Origin: Candidatus Electronema halotolerans
GTDB lineage: Bacteria; Desulfobacterota; Desulfobulbia; Desulfobulbales; Desulfobulbaceae
DNA length: 32,000 bases
Reading direction: 5' to 3'
Assembly (NCBI GenBank): GCA_942493095.1
Contig: OW818675.1
Coordinates: 2,490,001 to 2,522,000, forward strand
Shown here: positions 17,387 to 26,155 of the stretch, in pieces
Layout of the letters: every line of letters begins with the position of its first letter
Position numbering within the stretch: position 1 is the stretch's first letter
Position numbers and translations under genes: made by a program
The notes under the pieces: model-generated
What the model saw: only the letters and a program-made list of their open reading frames with translations
Told to the model about the DNA's origin: nothing
Database searches by the model: none

Positions 17387-20089
17387 TCAACCTGTCTGGG
17401 CCGGTCTTCTCTGGATACATAACTGCTGCGCCAAAGCGATTGCCTCCTCTTTGCTGCTGATTTCCCCGTTGAGCTGGGCAGCGAAAATCTGCTTGAGCAA
17501 ATCCGCAAAAAACGGGCCGGGCCGCAGGCCCAAAGCGATCAGATCGCTGCCGTTGAGCAGCGGCTTGAGATTGCGCAGTTCCGCCGCATAGCGGGAGACA
17601 GCCTGCTGGATGTGCTTTTTGCGGGCAATGGTCATCAGGACAAGCAGGGCCTCGTTGTCCAGGTCGGCAAGCAGGTTCCAGATTTCACTGGGCTGGAGCA
17701 GAGGGCAGTGCAGCATTGCTTCGGCAGCCGCTTCTGCCTTATTCTTCCGCTCCAGCAGACTCTGCCGCAGCTTGGCCGGAACCTCGAAACGGTCGCAGAA
17801 GCGGCGCAGCTCGATCTCCCGCGAGCGGCTGAACAGAGCCAGCAGGCGCACGGTCCAGCACTCGCACTGCTTGTCCTCTTCCGGCAGGTAGAGCAGGCGG
17901 AACCAGGCAATGGCCTTTTCCGCTTGGGTGATGAGATGGGCAAAGCGACGGTCAATCTTCAGATTCGGACGCAGGTCAGGCCAAAGGAGCGGGAACAGGC
18001 CGAAGCCTTCCAGCCGCCGCAGCGAGGCTAAGGGATTGTCCTCAGCAAGCAGCAGCTTCAGTTCGTTGAGAAAACGAAGACCGGCGAGCTGAGTGCCCCG
18101 CCGCATCTGCACCGCGCTGCGGATCAGCTTTTCCGTGTCTTTGGTGATGCGGCAGTCCAGCCGCTGCTCAAAGCGGATCGCCCGGAAAATCCGGGTCGGA
18201 TCCTCAACAAAACTGAGATTGTGCAGGACCCGGACGCGCCGTTCCTTGAGATCATTCTGGGAGCTGAAATAATCAACCAGCAGGCCAAAGCGGTCAGGAT
18301 TGAGATGCACGGCCATAGCATTGATGGTGAAGTCGCGCCGGAACAAATCCAGCTTGAGCGAACTTTTTTCGACAATGGGCAGGGCGGCTGGTTCGGAATA
18401 GTATTCCAGCCGAGCCGTGGCCACATCCACACGCTGACCGTTCGGCAGGATGACCGTGGCTGTGGCAAACTTCTCATGCGTCCGCACTGTTGCCTGCTCT
18501 TTGGCGGCAAAGGTTTTGGCAAAGAGAATGCCGTCGCCTTCGACAACAATATCAATGTCCAAATTGCGGGTCTGGAGGAGCAGGTCGCGGGCAAAGCCGC
18601 CGACCGCATAGGCCCGCATTTCCAGTTCCTTGGCAGTCTCGCCAAGGCCGCGCAGGAGAACAATAATCTCCCGGCCCAAGGTTTCCACCATCAGGCGGCT
18701 GATATTGCGGCTCCGCGCTGCTGATGGATGCTCCTCCTGCCGGAGCAAGCTGCGCGGCTGCCGGTCCGGGTCATTAACAAGGAGATTGAGCAGATCCGTG
18801 CGGCTGATCACCCCGGCAAGCACCTCGTCCCCGTTTTTCTCCTGCATGATCGGAATCAGCCGCTGGCGATGGCTGATGATCAGCTCCTGAATCTCAGCTT
18901 GGGTCGCGCTTTCCGGCAAGGTGCCGATTTCCGTGCTCATGTGCTCGGCCACTGGCTGTGCGCCGAGCTGATGGGCAATGGCCTTTTCCACCACCCGCCG
19001 GGAAATAAGGCCTAGCAGACCCTTGGGATATTTTTTATCGCTGTTGTCCTCGACCACCGGCAGCACTGTGATGTTGTAGCGGGTGAGCAGCTCGCTGGCC
19101 TGCTGATGGGTGACATCCGGCCTGACCGTGATCGCGGGCGAGGACATGATCTCACAGGCCAAGGCGCGGGGCCGGATGGAGTGATAGAGCAGCTGGAGCA
19201 ACTCCTCCTCAGCCTCGAAAATAGTCTTGTCAGCAATAACCGCTGAAGCTGCCGAGGCATGACCACCGCCGCTGAAGGCGCGGGCAATGTCTCCGGCATT
19301 GACTTCCGGGATGCGGCTGCGGCAGATCAAGTAAAGCCGCCCGCCCATGCTGACCAAGACAAAAACAGCATCCAAATTCTCCATCACCATCATCCGCCGC
19401 ACCAAGGCGGAAAAATCGTCCTCATAATGCGGCAGGGTCAGGCGGCTGATTGTCACCGGCACAGACTGGATGGCATAAATGGTGGAGTTCTTGAGAAGCT
19501 GACTGAGCAGGGCGACCTGATCAGCGGACAAATCCCGGCTGACAAACTGGTTGACCACCTCCAGCTTGGCCCCCTGCTCCAGCAGCCACGCTGCGGCCTG
19601 AAGGTCAGCAGGCGTGGTGCCGGTGAGAAGAAAGGAGCCGGTGTCCTCGTGCAGGCCAATGCTCATCAGGGTGGCCTCATCTTGGCTCAGGCTGAGGCCG
19701 CGCTCCTGAAAAATGCGGGTGAAGATGGTCACGGTCGCGCCAGTGACTTGCACCTGCTCTAAATCGCCGCGCAGGTCGCCGGGCGCATCCGGGTGATGGT
19801 CGTAAAGATGGATTGTCAGGCCGGGATTGCGCAGGCATTCCTGAAGCCGGTCAAGGCGGTCTGGCTGGCGGGTGTCCACCACGATCAGACGGCTGACAGC
19901 GGCCAAGTCAATGTCTTTGATCTTGCTGAAATGATAGAGGCTGCGCAGGTCAGAGGAAAGAAAGTCGCCCAGCCGCCGCTCAGTGGAACCGGCAAAAACT
20001 AAGGCTGCGCCCGGATAGAGCTTCCGGGCCGCAATCATTGAGGCAAGGCCATCAAAGTCGGCGTTGACGTGGGTGGTGATGAGGTCCAT
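17387..20089 (-). CDS. DHH/DHHA1 phosphoesterase - CBS pair - class II nucleotidyltransferase (poly(A) polymerase/CCA-adding type) fusion protein
   Basis: HVNADFDG, LYDHHPD and GGGHASAAS (DHH/DHHA1). CBS-like SSPAITVRPD...ITVLPVV. AVGGFARDLLL..NLDIDIVVEGD and RRDFTINAMA (nucleotidyltransferase head). The ATG at 20089 (MDLITTH) is preferred over the track start. Confidence 0.85.
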   Translation of the reverse strand: MDLITTHVNADFDGLASMIAARKLYPGAALVFAGSTERRLGDFLSSDLRSLYHFSKIKDIDLAAVSRLIVVDTRQPDRLDRLQECLRNPGLTIHLYDHHPDAPGDLRGDLEQVQVTGATVTIFTRIFQERGLSLSQDEATLMSIGLHEDTGSFLLTGTTPADLQAAAWLLEQGAKLEVVNQFVSRDLSADQVALLSQLLKNSTIYAIQSVPVTISRLTLPHYEDDFSALVRRMMVMENLDAVFVLVSMGGRLYLICRSRIPEVNAGDIARAFSGGGHASAASAVIADKTIFEAEEELLQLLYHSIRPRALACEIMSSPAITVRPDVTHQQASELLTRYNITVLPVVEDNSDKKYPKGLLGLISRRVVEKAIAHQLGAQPVAEHMSTEIGTLPESATQAEIQELIISHRQRLIPIMQEKNGDEVLAGVISRTDLLNLLVNDPDRQPRSLLRQEEHPSAARSRNISRLMVETLGREIIVLLRGLGETAKELEMRAYAVGGFARDLLLQTRNLDIDIVVEGDGILFAKTFAAKEQATVRTHEKFATATVILPNGQRVDVATARLEYYSEPAALPIVEKSSLKLDLFRRDFTINAMAVHLNPDRFGLLVDYFSSQNDLKERRVRVLHNLSFVEDPTRIFRAIRFEQRLDCRITKDTEKLIRSAVQMRRGTQLAGLRFLNELKLLLAEDNPLASLRRLEGFGLFPLLWPDLRPNLKIDRRFAHLITQAEKAIAWFRLLYLPEEDKQCECWTVRLLALFSRSREIELRRFCDRFEVPAKLRQSLLERKNKAEAAAEAMLHCPLLQPSEIWNLLADLDNEALLVLMTIARKKHIQQAVSRYAAELRNLKPLLNGSDLIALGLRPGPFFADLLKQIFAAQLNGEISSKEEAIALAQQLCIQRRPAQTG

Positions 20090-20278
20090 GCAGCCTACTG
20101 TACCTGATTTTTGGGCAGGCTGGTACAGCGTTTTGCAGCGTGGATTCAAGTTGTAAGTGCAACTTTTGCTGGTTTGAAAAAAGAGTGAGTTGTGGTAGTA
20201 TGATGGCTCATTTCTCACCATCAAGCAAGAGGAGCGCGCATGCACAGCTACACACAACTCACCGAATCAGAACGTAAC

Positions 20279-20323
20279 TGTCAAGACCCGGATGATTGCA
20301 TTCCGGATTTTTAAACAAATCAG
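20279..20323 (-). mobile_element. 45-bp remnant of a second IS481-like end, truncated by IS66-B
   Basis: Identical to 10361-10405 (tgtcaagacccggatgattgcattccggatttttaaacaaatcag). Confidence 0.8.
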
Positions 20324-21924
20324 GTAACTACTCAGCCTGACAAAAAAGGCCGTTTTCAGAAGTGCTGAAGACGGCCTTACTCGTTTTTTATACTGCGGCA
20401 TCGGGGATAAAAGGACTTCCAAGGAAAGCATCTTTGATCGCTTCAAAAATGTTTCTTGAATTTTTACGGACCGTGGAGATATATCCCCGGATACAGGCGA
20501 ATCGTTCTGCTCCCTCAAGTGTTCGGAAGCAGCCGGAAACCTTCTGCTTGACCTTGATCATCCGCACATCTCTTTCCGCCGCGTTGTTGTCGAACGGAAC
20601 CCGGAAATCATACATGAATGCGAGGGTCTCCGCCCTGTAATCACGCATCCGTGTCAGCAAATTGAGCGGCGGAGTCTTCTTCACCCGTCCTCGTTTTTTC
20701 TCCTTAGGCGGAGTGAACGGATTGTCGGCAAAACCCCGTCGGACGATTTCATCATACCGCCGCTCAAATTCTTCGATCTTCTCCGGCGTGAAGCCGTCCC
20801 GATCCGGCTTCAGCTTTTCAGCCGCGCCTTTTATTTCAAGCAGCAGCTCGGCCATCTCGCCGGCCCAAACTTGTCCGTACTGTTTTTCTATGAACTTGAG
20901 TTCCCGGAGATGATGCGCATTGCACAGCGCATGACCGCAGTTTTCATAGCTGAAGTACGATTTCCAATGATCATGCGTCGCTGTTCCTGTGAACTTTCCA
21001 AGGATTCCCGCTGCGTCCATCGCCTCTTTTCCCCGTTTTTCATGCACCGAATAATGGGTGAGGCAGTTCGTCGAAGCGACATGCAGCCAGTGCAGCTTCC
21101 CTTTCACGCGGACTCCGCTTTCATCGGCATGTAACACATCGGTATTCATGAGCAGTTTTTCGACTGCTTCCGTTGAAGGACGCACGCATCCGCAAAGCTC
21201 TTCCGATGCCTTCAGCAGCGAACCCTCGGAGACGGAATGCCCGGTCAGGTCTTCGATAATCTGCGCAGCCCGTTCAAGCGGAATATGATGCTGGTTCGCG
21301 AAATATGCCGCCCAAGTTTTCACCCCCGTGCCGTAACGGATGCCCTGTCCGACGTTTTCCGGGAATTTGCCTCTGTTTTCCGTGCCGCAGCCGGGACAGA
21401 TTTTTATTTCCGCTCGATGCGAGGTCACTTCAATCCGAATCGCCGGAATATCATAAACCTGCCGTTCCTCCTCTCCGACAGCGACGACATCCGCAAGCGA
21501 CATTTTGCAAGCCGCGCATTCCTCGGATTTATACCTCTCCGTAGAATCCGGCGCCGCAGACCGCTCAAGAGTATGCCCTTGATGACCTGGCTGGCCGCCG
21601 TTCGGCTTCCTGCCGGACTCTCTCAGACTTTCCGTTCGCTTCGCTTTACCGTATCCATCGCTCGAAGGCGGTTTCCCGCTGTTCCGACTGTTTTTCGACA
21701 GCCGGGCCTGCAAATCCTTCAATATCTCGGACTGCTTGGCTGACTGAGCGGCGAGGTTTTCAACCTGCGCAGTTATACTGCTAAACAGGGCGACGACCGC
21801 TTCTTCGCCTTCTGCGTATGCAGCACGGACTTCTTTTTCACTAGGAACACTGAAATTCATAACGGCAGCATAATCTTTACCTGTTGATTTTGTCAAGAGG
21901 CTTGGCGGATGCCTGAGTAGTTAC
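20324..21924 (-). mobile_element. IS66-family element copy B (1601 bp)
   Basis: Same termini as copy A and only a handful of substitutions. The flanks caaatcag and tccaattc differ, so there is no target duplication. Confidence 0.85.
20388..21896 (-). CDS. IS66-family transposase (copy B)
   Basis: 502 aa, differing from copy A at 2 residues in the supplied translations (A/T in FAPEK/FTPEK, S/A in PDSAV/PDAAV). Confidence 0.85.
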   Translation of the reverse strand: MTKSTGKDYAAVMNFSVPSEKEVRAAYAEGEEAVVALFSSITAQVENLAAQSAKQSEILKDLQARLSKNSRNSGKPPSSDGYGKAKRTESLRESGRKPNGGQPGHQGHTLERSAAPDSTERYKSEECAACKMSLADVVAVGEEERQVYDIPAIRIEVTSHRAEIKICPGCGTENRGKFPENVGQGIRYGTGVKTWAAYFANQHHIPLERAAQIIEDLTGHSVSEGSLLKASEELCGCVRPSTEAVEKLLMNTDVLHADESGVRVKGKLHWLHVASTNCLTHYSVHEKRGKEAMDAAGILGKFTGTATHDHWKSYFSYENCGHALCNAHHLRELKFIEKQYGQVWAGEMAELLLEIKGAAEKLKPDRDGFTPEKIEEFERRYDEIVRRGFADNPFTPPKEKKRGRVKKTPPLNLLTRMRDYRAETLAFMYDFRVPFDNNAAERDVRMIKVKQKVSGCFRTLEGAERFACIRGYISTVRKNSRNIFEAIKDAFLGSPFIPDAAV

Positions 21925-22093
21925 TCCAATTCAATGCTTGAATGACTGCTGGTCAGGGTTCAGTGAACACTATCGGCCCTCTGCGGATCAGCTTCGTTGC
22001 AGGCTTCAATGGCAGTTGTGCGCTTCATTGTTCCATCTCGCGTTGCTCGGAATGCAAGCTACTGCTGAAGAAGCAACGTCGTGGAGACGGCAC

Positions 22094-23722
22094 TCAGTCG
22101 TCATCCTCATCCACCATGCCAGCCGCGTCAGCCAAGCCGTCGCCGAGCATGTCAAGGAAGTCGTCGTCCGCGCTGTCCTGCTCCTCCTGTTCAGGAGGGT
22201 TGCTGTAATACTTGTCATTCACCCACCAGCCTTCCTTTTTCTGGCCGTCCGCAAAGATCAGCGCGCCTTTGCCATGCTTCTTGTCATCTTCCCATAAGCC
22301 AGCGTAGCCATCCCCGTCAGGAGCAATCAAGGCACCTTGACCGTGCCGCTGGCCGTTCTGCCATTTTCCTTTATAGATCGAGCCGTCGGGATAGGTGTGA
22401 ACGCCGTAGCCGTTGGGCTGATTGTCCCGCCATGCGCCTGCGTATTTGCTGCCGTCAGGAAAGGTGCAGGTGCCTTGGCCGTGCTTCTTGTCCTCCAGCC
22501 ACTCGCCTTTATAGACCGTGCCGTCAGGAAAGGTGAGCACGCCTTCGCCGTGCATGCAGCCCTGCTGCCAATTGCCCTCATACATGGTGCCGTCAGACAT
22601 GGTCAGGGTGCCATGTCCCTCCATTGATCCGTTCACCCATTGCCCGGCATAGACATTGCCGGAAAGAAAGGTGAAAATGCCCGAACCATGCCGCTTGCTG
22701 TTCTGATAGGAGCCTTCGTACCGCTCCCCGTCTGCGGAAATATATACGCCCCGGCCATGCATCCAGCCGCTGTGCCAGTCGCCGGTGTATTTGCTACCCT
22801 GCTGGGAGGTGTAGGTGCCGGAGCCATGCCGGAAGCCATTGACCCATTCGCCGATGTAGGTGTCGCCATTGCTGCACGTGCAGGAGCCGTAGCCGTGCCG
22901 CTGGTCCCGGCTCCATGCGCCGACATGCTTGCTGCCGTCAGGATACAAATAGGTGCCTTGGCCGTGCCGGAAGCCTTCGCGCCATTCGCCTTCGTACTTG
23001 CCGCCGTCAGGATAGGTGCAGGTGCCTTGGCCGTGCCGTTTATCCTCCTTCCATGAGCCGGTATAGACGCTGCCGTCCGCAGAAGTGCAGGTGCCCCAGC
23101 CGCTGCGCTCATCGTTTACCCATTTGCCGACATATTTGCTGCCGTCCGGCTGACTGTGGACTCCGTGCCCATGCCGCCGGTCCTGCGCAAAGGTGCCAAA
23201 ATACCTGCTGCCGTCCGGGAAAAAGATGGTGCCTTGGCCATGCCGCTGCCCTTCCTGCCACGAGCCGACATATTTGGTCCCGTTGCGCAGGGTCAGAACG
23301 CCTTGGCCGTGCTGTCGGCCCTCCTGCCATTCGCCGTCGTACTTGGAACCGTCAGGATAGGTGAGGACACCATGACCATGCCGCTGGCCGTGCCGCCAGC
23401 CGCCGCTGTAGGTCGAGCCGTCAAGGCCGCCGCTCTGGGTGCCCTTGCCATGCTTCTGATCGTCTTTCCAGCCGCCGACATACTGACCAGCCCATTCAAC
23501 GCAGCCATAGCCATTGCGGCGATCGTCCTTCCATTCCCCGGCAAAGCTGCCGCCGTTGGAGTCAAAGAACGTGCCTTGGCCATGCCGCTGGTCGTGCCGC
23601 CATTCACCCTCATACTGGCTGCCATCCGGGTAAATGCACAGTCCTTGGCCGTGCCGTTTGCCGTCCTCAGACAGCTCGCCGATGTATTTCTCCTTGCTGG
23701 CAAGAATTTTTTCCTTCGTCAT
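22094..23722 (-). CDS. MORN-repeat protein (about 22 tandem 23-aa repeats) with an acidic C-terminal tail
   Basis: Iterated Y.G.W..G..HG.G....PDGS. units throughout. Tail EQEEQDSADDDFLDMLGDGLADAAGMVDEDDD. No signal peptide. Confidence 0.85.
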   Translation of the reverse strand: MTKEKILASKEKYIGELSEDGKRHGQGLCIYPDGSQYEGEWRHDQRHGQGTFFDSNGGSFAGEWKDDRRNGYGCVEWAGQYVGGWKDDQKHGKGTQSGGLDGSTYSGGWRHGQRHGHGVLTYPDGSKYDGEWQEGRQHGQGVLTLRNGTKYVGSWQEGQRHGQGTIFFPDGSRYFGTFAQDRRHGHGVHSQPDGSKYVGKWVNDERSGWGTCTSADGSVYTGSWKEDKRHGQGTCTYPDGGKYEGEWREGFRHGQGTYLYPDGSKHVGAWSRDQRHGYGSCTCSNGDTYIGEWVNGFRHGSGTYTSQQGSKYTGDWHSGWMHGRGVYISADGERYEGSYQNSKRHGSGIFTFLSGNVYAGQWVNGSMEGHGTLTMSDGTMYEGNWQQGCMHGEGVLTFPDGTVYKGEWLEDKKHGQGTCTFPDGSKYAGAWRDNQPNGYGVHTYPDGSIYKGKWQNGQRHGQGALIAPDGDGYAGLWEDDKKHGKGALIFADGQKKEGWWVNDKYYSNPPEQEEQDSADDDFLDMLGDGLADAAGMVDEDDD

Positions 23723-23834
23723 ACTGCTGCACCTTGAGCTGGGTGTCGATTTGCGGCGGCCTGCTCAAATACATCCGCCCCTTGTACCAGTATCGCGTCT
23801 TCGGGGCGGAAAAACCAGCGAAAAAAGTTGCCAG

Positions 23835-25907
23835 CTATTCGCTTGCCGCAGGCGTGTGCTCGGCAATGATCTTCTGAGCGATGTGCGAGGGCACCTCCTC
23901 GTAATGGGAGAACTTGATCGTGAAGCTGCCTCTGCCGCCGGTCATTGAAGTCAGATCAGGGCCATAGAGTTGAATCTCGGCCTGCGGCACTTGCGCCCGG
24001 ATAATCTCCCAGCGGCTGTCTGAGTCCATGCCCAGCACCCGGCCCCGCCGCGAGTTGAGATCGCCCATGACATCACCGACATGCTCCTTGTCAACCTTGA
24101 TGTCCAGCTCCATGACCGGCTCCAGCAGGACGGGGCTGGCCTCCATGACCGCCTTTTTAAAAGCCAGCGACCCAGCGATTTTGAAAGCCATTTCCGAGGA
24201 ATCAACATTGTGATAGGAGCCGTCAAGCAGGCTGACCTTGAGGCCGACAAAAGGATACCCGGCAATCACGCCTTTTTCCATCGCCTCCAAAATGCCCTTC
24301 TCCACTGCCGGGCGGTACTGCTGCGGGATCACGCCGCCGACAATTTTATCAGCAAATTCAAAATGCTCGCCATTGGGCAGCGGCTCGATTTCAATGGTGC
24401 AGTCGCCATACTGGCCGCGCCCGCCCGACTGCTTCTTGTGCTTGCCCTGCGCAGTCGCCTTGCTCTTCAACGTCTCGCGGTAGGGAATCTTGGGCAGGGA
24501 CAGCTCCATTTCCACGGAAAACTTGCGCTTGAGTTTTTCTCGGATCACATCCAGATGCACTTGGCCGGCCCCGAACAGCAGCACCTCATGGGTTTGGGTT
24601 TCGCGGACCATGCGCAGGGTCAGGTCCTCGTCCAGTATCCGGGTCAGGGCCGAAAAGAGCTTCTCCTCATCCTTGTCTGTCTTGGCCGTGACAGCGTAGG
24701 AAATCACCGCTGGCGTGGGTTCCAGCCTGTCATAGAGCACCGGATCAGCCTCGTCGCAGAGGGTGTCGCCAGTGCCGGTGTTTTTCAGCTTGGCCACTGC
24801 CGCGATCATGCCCGGCCCGACGCTGTCCACCTCTTTCTGCTCCTTGCCCTCCAGCAGGAAAAGATGGCCGAACCGCTCACTCTCACCTTTGCTGGAATTA
24901 TAAAAGCTGTCGCCCTTGAGCGTGCCGGACAGCACCCGGAACACAGTCAGCCGCCCGGTGAACTGATCCGCCGTGGTTTTGAAGACTTGGGCTGAGAAGG
25001 GCGCATGGGTCACGCCTCTGCGCTCCACCGTCTCCTGCGTTTTGGGATTGACACCGAGCAGGGCTGGCCGCTGGTCCGGCGAGGGCAGGAGGCGGACTAT
25101 GGCATCAAGAATCACCGAGCTGCCCGCATTGTTCAAGGCCGCACAGGGCAGCACCGGGGCAATCTTGCCTGCCCGCACCGCCGTAATCAGGCCCTGTTCA
25201 AAAGCCTCATCGCTCAGATGCCCTTCTTCAAGAAAATGCTCGATCAAATCATCGTCTGTTTCAGCCACATATTCCATCAGACTGGCCCGGCGGGCCGCAG
25301 CCTCATCAGTCAGATCAGCCGGAATCTCCGCAGGCGCAGCAGTGCCGTCCGGCTGGAAGAGCAGGGCCTGGCCGCTGACCAGATCGATCACGCCTCGAAA
25401 ATCCTTTTCCGCGCCAATAGGCAGATAAAGCACCACCGGCTTCAGGCTGCTGAACGAGCTTTTGATCTCGTCAAAAGTTTCCTGAAAATTGGCCCGCTCC
25501 CGATCCATTTTGGTGATGCAGATCAGGCAGGGCAGGCTGCGCTCGGTGATGAGGTCAATAAAGCGTTCGGTCTGGCTGCGCACACCCAGCACCCCGCCGA
25601 CCGTGAGCAGGGCGCTGTCAGCCAGCTGGGCTGCGAATTTCGTTTCTGTGACAAAGTTGTCATCGCCGGGCGTGTCAGTGAGGAACAGCTCGCAGCCCTG
25701 CCAGTGGAGATGGCCAAAGGCCGCGCTGATCGAGAGTTTCCGGTGGATTTCCTCCTCCTCAAAATCCAGGGCAGCAGTGCCGTCATCGACCCTGCCCAGC
25801 CGCCCGACAGCACCGGCGGTGAAAAGCAGAGCCTCGGCAAGGCTGGTTTTGCCGCTGTGGCCGTGGCCAAGAATAACCGTGTTCCTGATCTGCTGAACGT
25901 CGTGCAT
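23835..25907 (-). CDS. elongation factor G paralog (EF-G2-like translational GTPase)
   Basis: G1 GHGHSGKT, G3 DTPG, G4 TKMD, and EF-G domain II-V-like sequence to 690 aa. ATG at 25907 after ggagg. Confidence 0.85.
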   Translation of the reverse strand: MHDVQQIRNTVILGHGHSGKTSLAEALLFTAGAVGRLGRVDDGTAALDFEEEEIHRKLSISAAFGHLHWQGCELFLTDTPGDDNFVTETKFAAQLADSALLTVGGVLGVRSQTERFIDLITERSLPCLICITKMDRERANFQETFDEIKSSFSSLKPVVLYLPIGAEKDFRGVIDLVSGQALLFQPDGTAAPAEIPADLTDEAAARRASLMEYVAETDDDLIEHFLEEGHLSDEAFEQGLITAVRAGKIAPVLPCAALNNAGSSVILDAIVRLLPSPDQRPALLGVNPKTQETVERRGVTHAPFSAQVFKTTADQFTGRLTVFRVLSGTLKGDSFYNSSKGESERFGHLFLLEGKEQKEVDSVGPGMIAAVAKLKNTGTGDTLCDEADPVLYDRLEPTPAVISYAVTAKTDKDEEKLFSALTRILDEDLTLRMVRETQTHEVLLFGAGQVHLDVIREKLKRKFSVEMELSLPKIPYRETLKSKATAQGKHKKQSGGRGQYGDCTIEIEPLPNGEHFEFADKIVGGVIPQQYRPAVEKGILEAMEKGVIAGYPFVGLKVSLLDGSYHNVDSSEMAFKIAGSLAFKKAVMEASPVLLEPVMELDIKVDKEHVGDVMGDLNSRRGRVLGMDSDSRWEIIRAQVPQAEIQLYGPDLTSMTGGRGSFTIKFSHYEEVPSHIAQKIIAEHTPAASE

Positions 25908-26155
25908 ACGCGCCTCCGGTAGCCGGTGCTTAAAATTTGATCTGGCGGCAGACAGCGGAAAAGATGCTTCCTTTTGCGCCAAGAATGGCGGCTGCCATCT
26001 GCCGGGGATGATGAACTGCTATTCTGCTCCCTAATCCTTTTCAAGTCAAGCAGTAACCAAAAACAACTCCATTCTTCCCGCCATCTGTCACTTTTGCTGA
26101 CAGTTCCCGACCTTCGGAATTCTCTCACGCCGACCGCCTTGAAACGATGTGCGAT

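Noticed and set aside
17610-20002. Several + strand ORFs (for example 18221-18724, 19259-19762) and internal minus-frame ORFs
   Set aside because: They overlap the 900-aa DHH-CBS-nucleotidyltransferase gene and have no motifs.
9161-20163. The GTGGATTCAA...GTGCAAC motif as CRISPR repeats (it resembles the GTGGATTGAAAC ends of some repeats)
   Set aside because: The copies are kilobases apart, lie in both orientations, are embedded in MITE/IS modules, show no regular repeat-spacer spacing, and there are no cas genes.
15415-21924. The two IS66 copies plus the enclosed gene as a composite transposon
   Set aside because: Copy A has its own 8-bp duplication on both of its sides, and the outer flanks of the pair (tttttttg versus tccaattc) do not match. 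This indicates independent insertions, not one composite event. Homologous recombination remains possible.
22081-23737. Many long ORFs on both strands (for example 22633-23112, 22915-23364, 23156-23737, 23293-23703) overlapping the MORN gene
   Set aside because: They are Ala/Arg/Gly/Pro-rich shadow frames generated by the 69-bp periodic GC-rich repeat. Only the 22094-23722 minus frame gives a coherent MORN repeat protein.
24081-25922. Plus-strand ORFs 24081-24995 and 25005-25922 (about 300 aa each)
   Set aside because: They are antisense to the EF-G paralog, whose GTPase motifs are unambiguous.
25908-26155. The 248-bp gatB / EF-G spacer as a possible riboswitch or sRNA
   Set aside because: I found only short hairpins (ctgtca...tgacag) and weak promoter-like hexamers, with no recognisable conserved RNA motif. 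The evidence is insufficient.
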